Part shown: positions 53,095 through 64,000 of the stretch, piece by piece
Position numbering within the stretch: position 1 is the stretch's first letter
How the letters are laid out: every line of letters begins with the position of its first letter
DNA from: Camelus ferus
Lineage: Eukaryota
Direction of reading: 5' to 3'
Length of the DNA: 64,000 bases
Assembly: GCF_009834535.1 (NCBI RefSeq)
Contig: NC_045696.1
Span: forward strand, 80,850,001 to 80,914,000
The notes under the pieces: model-generated
Databases searched by the model: none
What the model saw: only the letters and a program-made list of their open reading frames with translations
Told to the model about the DNA's origin: nothing
Translations under genes and position numbers: made by a program

Positions 53095-53884
53095 TCTGGA
53101 GTCGGAGGATAAGGTGTGTGATGGTCAGCCTGTCTATCGTGGACCTGTTTATTCTCATGTTTGTGGAGGAGCTTAGTCTTGGTTTCATATTCTTGCCAAG
53201 TTTTGTCTCTTTAGTCAGTTACCAAGAATAAAAGTTTCATACTCAGGAGCTATTTCTTTGGTTGCATACTTTCTAAACACTTATTAGAATGAATTCAAGC
53301 TTAGTGTAGTACGTGTATTCCTTTAAAAAGTATTTCTGAAAGTTTTACAAGAACATGAAAGAGACTGAAAATAGTGTTTCCACTGAGCCCGTATTTTCAT
53401 GTTTACATGAGCAAATAATACCTCTTTTCAAGGTTCTGAACACTAAAGTACAAACTCTCATTTAAACATCTAAAGAGATGAAACCTTGAATGTTTTCTCT
53501 TCTACTGTCAGCACGAAAATGAATCAAGAGGCTGTTTCTTTTTCATGAACACTTATTACAACACTTCCTTTGAAATAAAACCTTCGCAGGAACCTCCCTC
53601 AAAACAAGTGAAGAGAATTCCTGTCATGCAAGTATATTGCAAAAGAGAGCATTCAGAAAGTTTACTACACCCTGACTTGTCTGGCTCTGAGGAAGTGAAA
53701 TGCACAGTGAGAGGATGCACACGCCCTTTAGGAGCTTCTAAACTCACTTGAGAGACATCATATACTTAAGCAAAAACTGTTTGTCGGTTTCTAAAACCAT
53801 TAGTATGAAAGGAAAGGCAGATAGGGTGAAATGAGAAATAACCTGGGACCTAGAAGCACTGAGTTCCTTTGTGATTTCATTTAA

Positions 53885-54250
53885 CCACCCACCCATTCAT
53901 TTAGTAATTTATTCACTCATTAATTCCAGACCTATTTAATGAGTAGCTGCTGTGTGACAGGTACTGAACTGGGCCAAGGGCACAGAAAGATGAATGAGAA
54001 GCTGCCCCTATGCGGGAACAACAGACAGTCAGGAAGTCGTGCGTGAGACATGGGATTGGGGCAAACTCAGTGGTGAGGGTCAGCATAACAGAAGGCGTGG
54101 GGGTAGGGGGGAGCACAGAGGAAGGGGCAGTGACTGAGCCTGAAGGAGCTGTGGAAGCTTCACAGCAGAGAACGCTGGCCCAGGTCCTGGGGGATGGAGC
54201 TGACAGATGAAGACAGCTGACTGTTTTAGGCAGAGGGATAGCCAGGACCA
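53885..54250 (-). mobile_element. L2 LINE 3' fragment
   Basis: cattcatttagtaatttattcactcatt...tatttaatgagtagctgctgtgtgacaggtactgaactggg. Confidence 0.6.
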
Positions 54251-54975
54251 AGGCACACAGGGGTGAGAGAGCACAGCAGTTTTGGAGGAGGGTAGAGGTG
54301 GTGTACTGCTTGCGCATAGCATCCTTTGGGATGGGGGGGGTGGAGACAACACTCAAAAGATGGGTTAAAGACAAACTGTGTTCGCTGGTGTGATCCCCAA
54401 AACGAGGCTGGCCACCAAGGTGTGGCTTGCAGTCCGCTGCTGTAACTTGGGACGGATCCACATAGCGTGGCGTAGCACAGCTTCCTCTTAGTGATGGTGA
54501 ATTCTGATTCCCCACTGGCCAGCAGGGATGTGTGGAGCAAGTGTGTTGAGTCCCTTGTGTGGCCTGTTGGCAGTGGGGGTGCAGGTGGGGTCTGCCACAG
54601 TGTCTGTACTGAGTCTGTGTATTAAACGGGTCTAAGAGAGACAGGAGTATTAAAACTGGAGAATAAGGAAGAAGAATCATAAACCAAGATTTTTAAAGAG
54701 GGAGTTTATCAAAGGAAGAGAAACAGAAGCGAGATCTCCTTTGGGCTTGGAGACAAAGGCTGTAAAGTTCAAAAACAAAATCAACATTTCATTATTGACT
54801 GGCTCACACACTCAGACTATTCTAAGTAGAAGAACACATTTAAATTGATTTTAATGTTATGTTTTTCATAAGGTGTATTGGAATTCTTTAGTAATTATTT
54901 ATTTTAAAAATTTAGTGTCTTTTTTAATGTTAGTGATCCCAAAGTGTACGTAGTAGTATCTCATTGTGGGGTTTT

Positions 54976-57900
54976 TTAATATTTTTTTACTGAGTTATAG
55001 TCAGTTTACAATGTTGTATCAATTTCCAGTGTGGAGCACAATTTTTCAGTTATACATGAACATACATATATTCATTGTCACATTCTTTTTCACTGAGCTA
55101 TCACAAGATCTTGTATGTATTTCCCTGTGCTATACAGTATAATCTTGTTTATCTATTCTACATATGCCTGTCAGTATCTACAAATTTTGAACTCCCAGTC
55201 TGTCCCTTTCCACCCACCTCCCCGTTGGCAACCACAAGTTTGTATTCTATGTCTGTGATTCTGTTTCTGTTTTGTATTTATACTCTTTTTTTTTAGATTC
55301 CACATATGAGCAATCTCATATGGTATTTTTCTTTCTCTTTCTGGCTTACTTCACTTAGAATGACATTCTCCAGGGACATCCATGTGGCTGCAAATGGCAT
55401 TATGTTGTCGGTTTTTATAGCTGAATACTATTCCGTTGTATAAATATACCACTTCTTTATCCAGTCATCTGTTGATGGACATTTAGGCTGTTTCCATGTC
55501 TTGGCTATTGTAAATAGTGCTGCTATGAACATTGGGGTGTAGGTGTCTTTTTGAAGTAGGGTTCCTTCTGGATAAATGCCCAGGAGCAGGATTCCTGGGT
55601 CATATGGTAAGTCTATTCCTAGTCTTTTGAGGAATCTCCATACTGTTTTCCACAGTGGCTGCACCAAACTGCATTCCCAGTAACAGTGTAGGAGGGTTCC
55701 CTTTTCTCCACAGCCTCTCCAGCATTTGTCATCTGTGGGCTTTTGAATGATGGCCATTCTAGCTGGTGTGAGGTGATACCTCATTGTAGTTTTGATTTGC
55801 ATTTCTTTGATAATTAGTGATATTGAGCATTTTTTCATGTGCCTATTGGTCATTTGTATTTCATCCTTGGAGAATTGCTTGTTTAGGTCTTCTGCCCATT
55901 TTTGGATTGGGTTGATTGTTTTTTTCTTATTATGTCGTATGAGCTGCTTATATATTCTGGAGATCAAGCCTTTATTGGTTTCATCATTTGCAAAAATTTT
56001 CTCCCATTCCGTAGGTTGTCATTTGTTTTGTTTATGGTTTCCTTTGCTGTGCAGAAGCTTGTAAGTTCAATTAGGTCCCATTTGTTTATTCTTCCTTCTA
56101 TTTCTATTGCTTGGGTAGACAGCCCTAGGAGAGCATTTTTGAGATGTATGTCAGATAATGTTTTGCCTATGTTTTCTTCTAGGAGGTTTACTGTATCTTG
56201 TCTTATGTTTAAGTCTTCGATCCATTTTGAGTTTATTTTTGTGTATGCTGTAAGGGAGTGTTCTAGCTTCATGGATTTACATGCTGCTGTCCAGTTTTCC
56301 CAACACCATTTGCTGAAGAGACTGTCTTTATTCCATTGTATATTCTTGCCTCCTTTGTCGAAGATTAGTTGACCAAAAATTTGTGGGTTCATTTCTGGGC
56401 TCTCTATTCTGTTCCATTGGTCCATATGTCTGTTTTTGTACCAAGACCATGCTGTCTTGATGACTGTAGCTCTGTAGTATTGTCTGAAGTCTGGGAGAGT
56501 TATTCCTCCAGCCTCTTTCTTTTTCTTCAGTAATGCTTTGGCAATTCTAGGTCTTTGATGGTTCCATATAAATTTTATTATGATTTGTTGTAGTTCTGTG
56601 AAATATGTCCTGGGTAATTTGACAGGGAATGCATTAAATCTGTAGATTGCCTTGGGCAGTGTGACCATTTTAACAATATTGATTCTTCCAATTCAGGAGC
56701 ATGGGATATCTTTCCATTTTTTTTAATCTTCTTTAATTTCCTTCATCAATGGTTTATAGTTTTCCATGTATAAGTCTTTCACCTCCTTGGTTAGATTTAT
56801 TCCTAAGTATTTTATTACTTTGGGTGCTATTTTAAAGGGGATTGTTTCTTTACTTTCTTTTTCTGTTGATTCATCGTTAGTGTAAAGAAATGCAACTGAT
56901 TTTTGAACGTTAATCTTGTAACTTCCTACCTTGCTGAATTCTTCATTTAGTTCTAGTAGTTTTTGTGTGGAGCTTTTAGGGTTTTCTATATATGGTATCG
57001 TGTCATTGGCATATAGTGACACTTTTACCTCTTCTTTTCCAGTTTGGATCCCTTTTATTTCTCTCTTGACTGATTGCTGTGGCTAGGACTTCCAAGACTA
57101 TGTTGAATAGGAGTAGTGATAGTGGGCAGCCTTGTCTTGTCCCAGATTTTAGTGGGAAGCTTTTGAGTTTTTCACCATTGAATACTATGCTGGCTGTAGG
57201 TTTGTCATATATACCTTTTATTATGTTGAAATATGTTCCTTTTATACCCACTTTGGTGAGAGTTTTTATCATAAATGTGTGTTGAATTTTATCAAATGCT
57301 TTTTCTGCATCTATTGAGATGATCAGGTGGTTTTTGTCCTTTCTCTTGTTGATGTGATGTATTACATTGATTGATTTGTGTATGTCGAACCACCCTTGTG
57401 TCCCTGGGATGAACCCTACTTGGTCATGATGTATAATCTTTTTTATGTGCTGTTGGATTCTATTTGCTAATATTTTGGTGAGGATTTTTGCATCTATGTT
57501 CATCAGTGATATGGGCCTATAATTCTCTTTTTTGGTAGTGTCGTTGCCTGGTTTTGGTATCAGGGTGATGGTGGCTTCATAGAATGAGTTTGGGAGTATT
57601 CCCTCTTTTTCAGTCTCTGGAAGAGTTTGAGAAGGACTGGTATGAGTTCTTCTTTGTATGTTTGGTAGAATTCCCCGGTGTAGCCATCCGGTCCTGGACT
57701 TTTATTTGTAGGGAGGTTTTTTATTGCTAATTCGATTTCATTTCTAGTGATTGGTTTGTTCAAGTGGTCAGTTTCTTCTTGATTCAGTCTTGGTGGACTG
57801 GATGTTTCCAGAAACTTGTCCATCTCCTCTAGGTTATCCATTTTGGTTCCATATAGTTTTTCATAATATTCTCATATGATATTCTGTATTTCTATGTTAT

Positions 57901-58290
57901 TTGTTGTAATTTTTCCATTTTCCTTTCTTATTTTGCTTATTTGTGTTCTCTCCTTTTTCTTCTTTGTGAGTTTGGCCAGAGGTTTGTCGATTTTATTTAC
58001 TCTTTCAAAAAACTAGCTTCTGGTTTGATTGATTTTTTTCTATTGTTTTTTTAATTTCTATTTTATGTATTTCCTCCCTGATCTTTATTATTTCCTTCCT
58101 TCTGCTGACTTTTGGGGGTTTTTGCTCTTCTTTTTCTAATTCTTTTAGCTGATAGGTTAGATTGTTTATTTGAGATTGTTCTTTTTTGAGGAAGGCCTGT
58201 ATTGCCATGAACTTCCCTCTTAGCACTGCCTTTGCTGCGTCCCATAAATTTTGTGTGGTCGTGTTTTCATTTTCATTTATCTCAAGGTAT
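54976..58290 (-). mobile_element. 5'-truncated LINE-1 (~3.3 kb) with frameshifted ORF2; camelid-type 3'UTR
   Basis: ORF2 pieces: QNLWDAAKAVLRGKF (58005-58349), [14 protein letters not shown] (57560-57841), [10 protein letters not shown]...QVGFIPG...GTRQGCPLS (57003-57503), degenerate catalytic LYAND (56723-57022), 55964-56668, C-terminal [14 protein letters not shown] (55428-55967); T-rich tail at left. Confidence 0.97.
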
Positions 58291-61200
58291 TTTAGTGTAT
58301 TTAATTTTTTAACATTAGTGATCCCAAAGGGTATGTAGCAGTATCTCATTGTGGTTTTAATTTACATTAGCAACATCTTTTCACGTTAAGCATATTTTCC
58401 TGTGATTTTTGGATATTTGTTTAGCTTTTTTGGAAATATGTTCAAATCGCATTTTTTTCTCTTTTTTTTTTTGCATTGTCTTCTTATTACAAAATAGTAG
58501 AAGATCTTTATCCATTCTAGTTATAAGTTGCTCCATTTCATTCTGGCCTGTGTTTTCTGATGAGAAGTTCACATTCATTTTGAATCACTGTTTCCCTCTA
58601 AATGATGCATTGTTTTTCTTTTAAGTGCTTTCAGCATTTTCCCTCTGTCTTTAGTTTTCAGCAGTTTGATTATGGTATTTGAGTTTATTCTGTTTGGGGT
58701 TCATCAAGCTTCTTAAATCTGTAGGTTTATGTCATTCATCAAATTTGAGTAATTTTCATACATTACTTCTTCAATTTTTTTTCCCTGCATTTCCCTATTT
58801 CTCCTCTTTCTGAGTCTCTGATTGCACAAATAGTGTCTTTTAGTATTGACCCACAGGTCTCTGAGACTGTTCATTTTTTTCCAATCTTTTCTTCTCTTTG
58901 TTATTCAAATTAGATAATTTATCTGTCTTTAAGTTCACTGATTCTTTCCTTTGTCACCTCTGTTCTGGTACTGAGTCTATCCAGTAAGAGTTTGTTTGTT
59001 TTTTGTAGTTGTATTTCTCAGTTTGAAAATTTCTCTTTGGTTCTCATTTATATCTTTATTTCTTTGCTGAGACTTTTTGTCTATCCATTCATTTTAAGAG
59101 TGTTTACCCTTACTTATTGAAACATTTTTATAATATCTGGCAAAGAATTACATTAAGTAATTCCAACATTTATGTCATTTTGGCATTGATATTTGTTGAA
59201 TGACTTTCCTGCAAGTTGAGACTTTTCTAATTCTTTGTATGCCAAGTAATTTTTTATTATATTCTGGAGATTTTTAATATTATGACTCTAGGTCTTATTT
59301 AAATCTTATGGAGAATGTTGGTATTTTTGTTTTAGCAGGAAACTGGCTCATTTGGGTTCATGCAGAATGTTCCAGCTAGCTTTCTTCTGTGTGTTTTTAA
59401 TGTCAAGCTTTATTTTCAAAGCATTTGCAGTGCTGTTCAGATCTGTCCCCTAGGTACTCCACCTAGCAGCCAGACTGGGCAGTGGTCTATTTCTTATTTC
59501 AATTCTCAGATTCTTTGGTATAATGTTTAAGATCAAATCCATGAGCAGCTTGGGAGTGAGCTAGAAGTTCATAAACAACTTTATAGTGTTGCTTTTCTGA
59601 GCTCCTCTCTCTCCACGATCTACCCACTACTCATGGGTTGTCTATGGCTTCCCTTTATAGTCCTCTAACTAGAAAGTTGTGGCTTTATTTACCCTGCTCT
59701 GCCAAACACTTTCTGCAATGACACTTTGTGTCCAGAGCCAAGCAATAGATATTTATATTATCCTCTTGGAACCACAACTCTTCCAGCTGGAGAGGAAAGT
59801 TCCACTCCCTCAGAGTTTTTGATGCCTTTGCGCCCTTCCCTGCCACCCCTAGCACCCAGAAGAACCCACGCTTCCTCCTCAAGCCTGAACTTGAGGATTC
59901 CTCCTGGAGTTCTTTCTACCTGTGCCAATGCCCTTTTCCAGCTTCTCCTTCCAGGCTGAGGAATCAAAGGGGAAAAAATGGTAAAATCACCACTGGTTAG
60001 ACGGTATGTCAAATTTTGTTCTTCTTCCTCAGTATTGAGTCTTCCAATTCATAAACACTATATATCTCTGCTTTTTTTTTTTTTTTTAGTTCTTATTTAA
60101 ATTTTCTCAGCTATTCTTTATACTTTTCATATACAGGTCCTTGCACTGATCACTAAGTAACTCATGTTTTTGTTATTGTGTATGGCATTTAAAAATTCAT
60201 GTTCCAGTCTTTCACTGCCAGCATACAGAAATGCAATTGATTTTTTATATTGATCTTATTTACTGAAATCTTGCTTAATTCATTCCCAGTGCTAGTAGCT
60301 TTTTTGTAGAAGCCTTAGGATTTTCCCCATAGATGATCATGTGATGTGTGAATGAAGTTTACCATTTTCCTTTATAATCCTTATGCTTTGTTTTTTTTTC
60401 TTCTTTTCCTTTTTTCTTTTCTTTTCTTTTCTTTTCTTTCCTTCTTCTTTTTTTTTTTTTTTTTTTTTGCATTGGCTAGCATCATCAATAAAGTGTTGAA
60501 TAGAAGTGAATGAGAAAGGACATCTTTGCCTTGTTATCAGTCTTAGGAGAAAAGTTTTCAGTCTTAGATTATATGCTTCAGGTAGATTTTTTAAATAGGT
60601 GCCTTCTATTTGAAGAAATTCCTTTCTACTTACAATTTTTTACTGTGAATGGGTATTTATTGAATTTTGTCAAAACATTTTTCTGCATTTATTGAAATGA
60701 TCATTTTTTTGGGTTTTCTTTTCCTGTTAATGTGCTGAATTGCGTTGATTTAATTTGCAATTTTTAAACCAATCTTGTGTTCTTAGAAATAATCCCACTT
60801 TGTCATAATCTGTTATCCTTTTTATAGATTATGAGGTTTTGGTAAAGATTTTTGCCTCTATAATTGTTAGGGATATTGTACTTAATTTTTTCTTTTCTTT
60901 GATTGTCCTTATTTGATTTGGTATTAGGATAATGCTAGCCTCATTATATGAGTTAGTGTTTCCTCCTCGTTTCCTGAGAGACTTTGAGTAGGATTGATAT
61001 TATCCTACTCAAACGGTTTCTTCCCATTTACATGAGGAATCTAAAATAGTTAAACTCTCTTTTTTTCTTTTAATTTAACTGGTTTGTCATTTTTTAAAAT
61101 CTTTTCAAAGGGCTAGATTTTGGTTTTATTGAGTTTTCTCTATTGTTTTTCTGTATTACATTGCATTGAGTTCCACTCTTATCTGTTTTTCCTATCCTTC

Positions 61201-61310
61201 TTACTTTGGGTTTAATTTAGTCTTTTTTCTATCTTCTTAAGATAGAAGCTCTGATCATTGATTTTAAGCTTTTTCTTTCTTATATGAGCACTTAAAGCTA
61301 TAAAATCTTC
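58291..61310 (-). mobile_element. Old L1M-type fragments (host of the younger L1)
   Basis: T-rich decayed L1 text: gtatctcattgtggttttaattt..., ttttcagcagtttgattatgg..., catacagaaatgcaattgattttt..., ttttctgcatttattgaaatgatca. Confidence 0.75.
60390..60468 (+). repeat. T-rich / (CTTTT)n low-complexity tract
   Basis: Direct reading. Confidence 0.85.
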
Positions 61311-61469
61311 TAAGAGGAGCATTTACTTTAACATCTCTGAAATCAAGATGCACCTTACACTCAGTAACGTCTCATAGCTGTAGCTGTCATTGTTTTTCTT
61401 TCTTAGTGGTACACACAGTATTGATGCATCTTACAGTCACTGCTGTCCTAGACTCATTGAAATGTAGTA
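61310..61469. mobile_element. MER104-like Tc2 element
   Basis: tttaacatctctgaaatcaagatgcacctta...gatgcatcttacagtc...gtcctagactcattgaaatgtagta. Confidence 0.55.
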
Positions 61470-62955
61470 TACAATTCTTTCAAGTTTTGTTTATCTAATC
61501 ATTACTTAGTAAAGATCCTAACATAATGATGCTTGTGAGTCATAGCTGTTCTCTCCTTGCCATTGTTTAAACTTTGTTTATAGCATGATTATCAGTATTT
61601 TTATCTTTTTATGCATTATCCTCAAAATCAAGTTCTACTTGAGAGCTAGATTAAGATCCTTCAAAGTATCTAGTAGAGTATTCTGCATTCAGAGTACATA
61701 GTGCTTTTAGATTAAAGGTGATAAAGACTTAATTGCAGAGTATAGACTTAAAAGCGGCCCCCAAACTGAAGTCCACTGAACACAAAATTAATGTGTACAT
61801 CAAAAATTGCAAGTGTATATATATGTTGTTTGATATGTCCTACTTTCAGTGAACTAGCAATGCCTAGTAATATACTGTTCTATTTAAGACAGATCTGTTT
61901 TCAAAGATTTCAAATCTTTTCCTATCAATTGCTTCATTTTTTGTTTGTTTGTTTGGGCGTACATTACCTTTGAATTGTTTCCTACTCTAAGCCAAATATA
62001 TAAGTATTTATATTGTATACACCCCTCCTTTCCTCTGTTTTCTTATTTATCTTACCCCATATATGTTTCCTTTGGATACTTTATCTCTGGGGATTTTTTC
62101 CTTTAACTGAATGAAATAGAGCATAAAATTACTTCTTTTAATATCTTTAGCTCCTTAGAACCCTACTCTTTTCACATGCTTAGAAGACTGCCTGGCCATG
62201 GAATATTCCACCCTAGTATTCTGTAAGGCTTTGTTCCTTACACAGTCTACTCCTGCCCCTTCAGGTCTAGTATTTCAGCAGATGAAATTTTCTTTATTGT
62301 TTCTTTTTCGTTTGTTTTCCCCATTACAGAGGAGTTACACCACTTACCAGTTTAACTCAGGCAATGACTTTGAACTCAACCCTAAGGGGAAAAAGTGACG
62401 CTGCTCTACTGTGCCATCTATGGCACCATGAAGAAGAGCGTAGGGGTCCATGCTCACACTGGAAAAAGTTTATCTATCAGCAAGCCTGCCTTCTTCCTTG
62501 CTTAGAAAGCCCCAGGTTCCCATGGGCACTGCTCCTTGGTATAGGAAGTCAGTGTTCATACTTGTCAATTAGAACACTTGGGGCCTGAGTTGCTAGAATG
62601 CTCAATTAAAGGTGCCTTAAACACTGAGGATTTATTTATCTCATTTAATTAGGTAGTCAGAGAATTGGTAGGGTGATGTAGTAATTTCAAGGTTCTGCTT
62701 TTCCCCTTAGAATTCAATATGGCTATACCTGTCTAGACATCACACCCCCATGCAACATCCATCCCAGAGCGGCTTTTCCTCTTTGTGTGTGTGTGTGTGC
62801 AGTGCGTGCCTGTCTCTTCATTTCATCAGAGGAAGAAGGAAAGGCTCTTGTTCCCATATGAAGTTGTTCGTGGACTCGCAGTAGAACTCTGGGTGACCTG
62901 CCACAGTGGAGGAGGAGGATGGCATTGGGGCTAAAATTGCCTTTGCTTCCTATGA

Positions 62956-63108
<153 letters not shown>

Positions 63109-64000
63109 TAAACAGATGCTGATGTAATTTTTTAAATGTTTATTGCCTCTGAAATGCCTTTTCTATTTCAAAGCCTTTCATATACACATAACTTTTTCTT
63201 TAGAGTTTGACAAAAGGTAGAATATTTTAACTGTGTTCAAGTTCATCTGGTTCTGATTTTTTTCCTATTACTCTTGAATTGTAAATGTTTTCACCTAATT
63301 CACAGCATGGATTATATTAGCAACTTTATTTTTTTGTTTTTTAATCAGGTATATGGGCAGTTAAGTTATAGGCAAGAAATTGTAATAAAATTTCGTCATT
63401 GAATAATAAATGATGAGATCAAACATAGCATTTCATTTTATTCATTATTCTGTCATTTGAGCAAAAGACAAAGTCATCGGAGAATGGTTTCAGTCAGATG
63501 GTGTCAAGCTGATGCTGAAGGGTGATTAAGAATTGGTGATGTTCTGGCTCCAGTTTTGGGACAGTTCATGGTAATAGTGTGAAATTGACCCTGTAGATTC
63601 TCAGGTGAGCCTTGAGTTTGCTCTTTTTGTCATAAAAAGTAAATAACTGAAGCAGTGTATGCTCACAAATGTGGTGAGGAAACATTCTGGAGGCAGGAAT
63701 CGGTAAGGCCTTGTCAGTCACAGCAAGGTGACATGGTTGATGTGTTAGCATAGGTAGGAGGGGAGTCCAGGCTGGAAAGGCAGCTGGGATGTGGGGGCTT
63801 TGTGAGCCAAGCCAGTGGTCTGGGCTTAATGCAACACAGTGGTGAACTGCTGTGGGATGTGTGATGGATGAAGAGCAATCCAATCAAAATGGTACATGGG
63901 GAAGGTGCATCTGGAATTAAAAGGGAGTGGGACGAACCCAGAATCAGAGAGCCAAATTCTAGCTCACGTGAGTGTGAGGTGCCTAGGGGACATCTGAGTA

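Noticed and set aside
53913..54680. 255 aa minus-strand ORF, the longest non-L1 ORF
   Set aside because: Overlaps an L2 remnant, is Pro/Ser/Cys-rich with no recognisable domain or splice support; probably a chance ORF.
55428..58349. Reverse-transcriptase ORFs as a possible novel RT system
   Set aside because: Ordinary decayed LINE-1 ORF2 with several frameshifts and a broken catalytic motif (YAND).

Overview
Mammalian genomic DNA, most likely a camelid (inferred from a Vic-1-like tRNA SINE and an alpaca-type L1 3' end). The window holds the 5' part of PLD1 (phospholipase D1) on the + strand. Eleven coding exons lie between 32022 and 63096. All have GT-AG boundaries and join into one open frame of 1227 nt (aa 1-409): N-terminus, PX domain, PH domain and the start of the catalytic region, ending before the first HKD motif. 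Bases 1-31990 are most likely the long first intron; no CpG-island promoter or first exon is evident. The introns carry ordinary mammalian repeats (L1, L2, L3/CR1, MIR, LTRs, MER5/MER20/Tc2-type DNA transposons, microsatellites). I see no new multi-gene system. The most interesting details are: a Lys at PX position 179, where human/rodent PLD1 has the phosphoinositide-binding Arg; a candidate UG-repeat poison exon; a UG-rich acceptor; two recursive-splice-type AG|GT sites; an L1 with a ~65 bp target duplication; a 122 bp locally copied MIR segment; and an AP-1/ARE motif cluster. Repeat family names and human comparisons are from memory, not from database searches.
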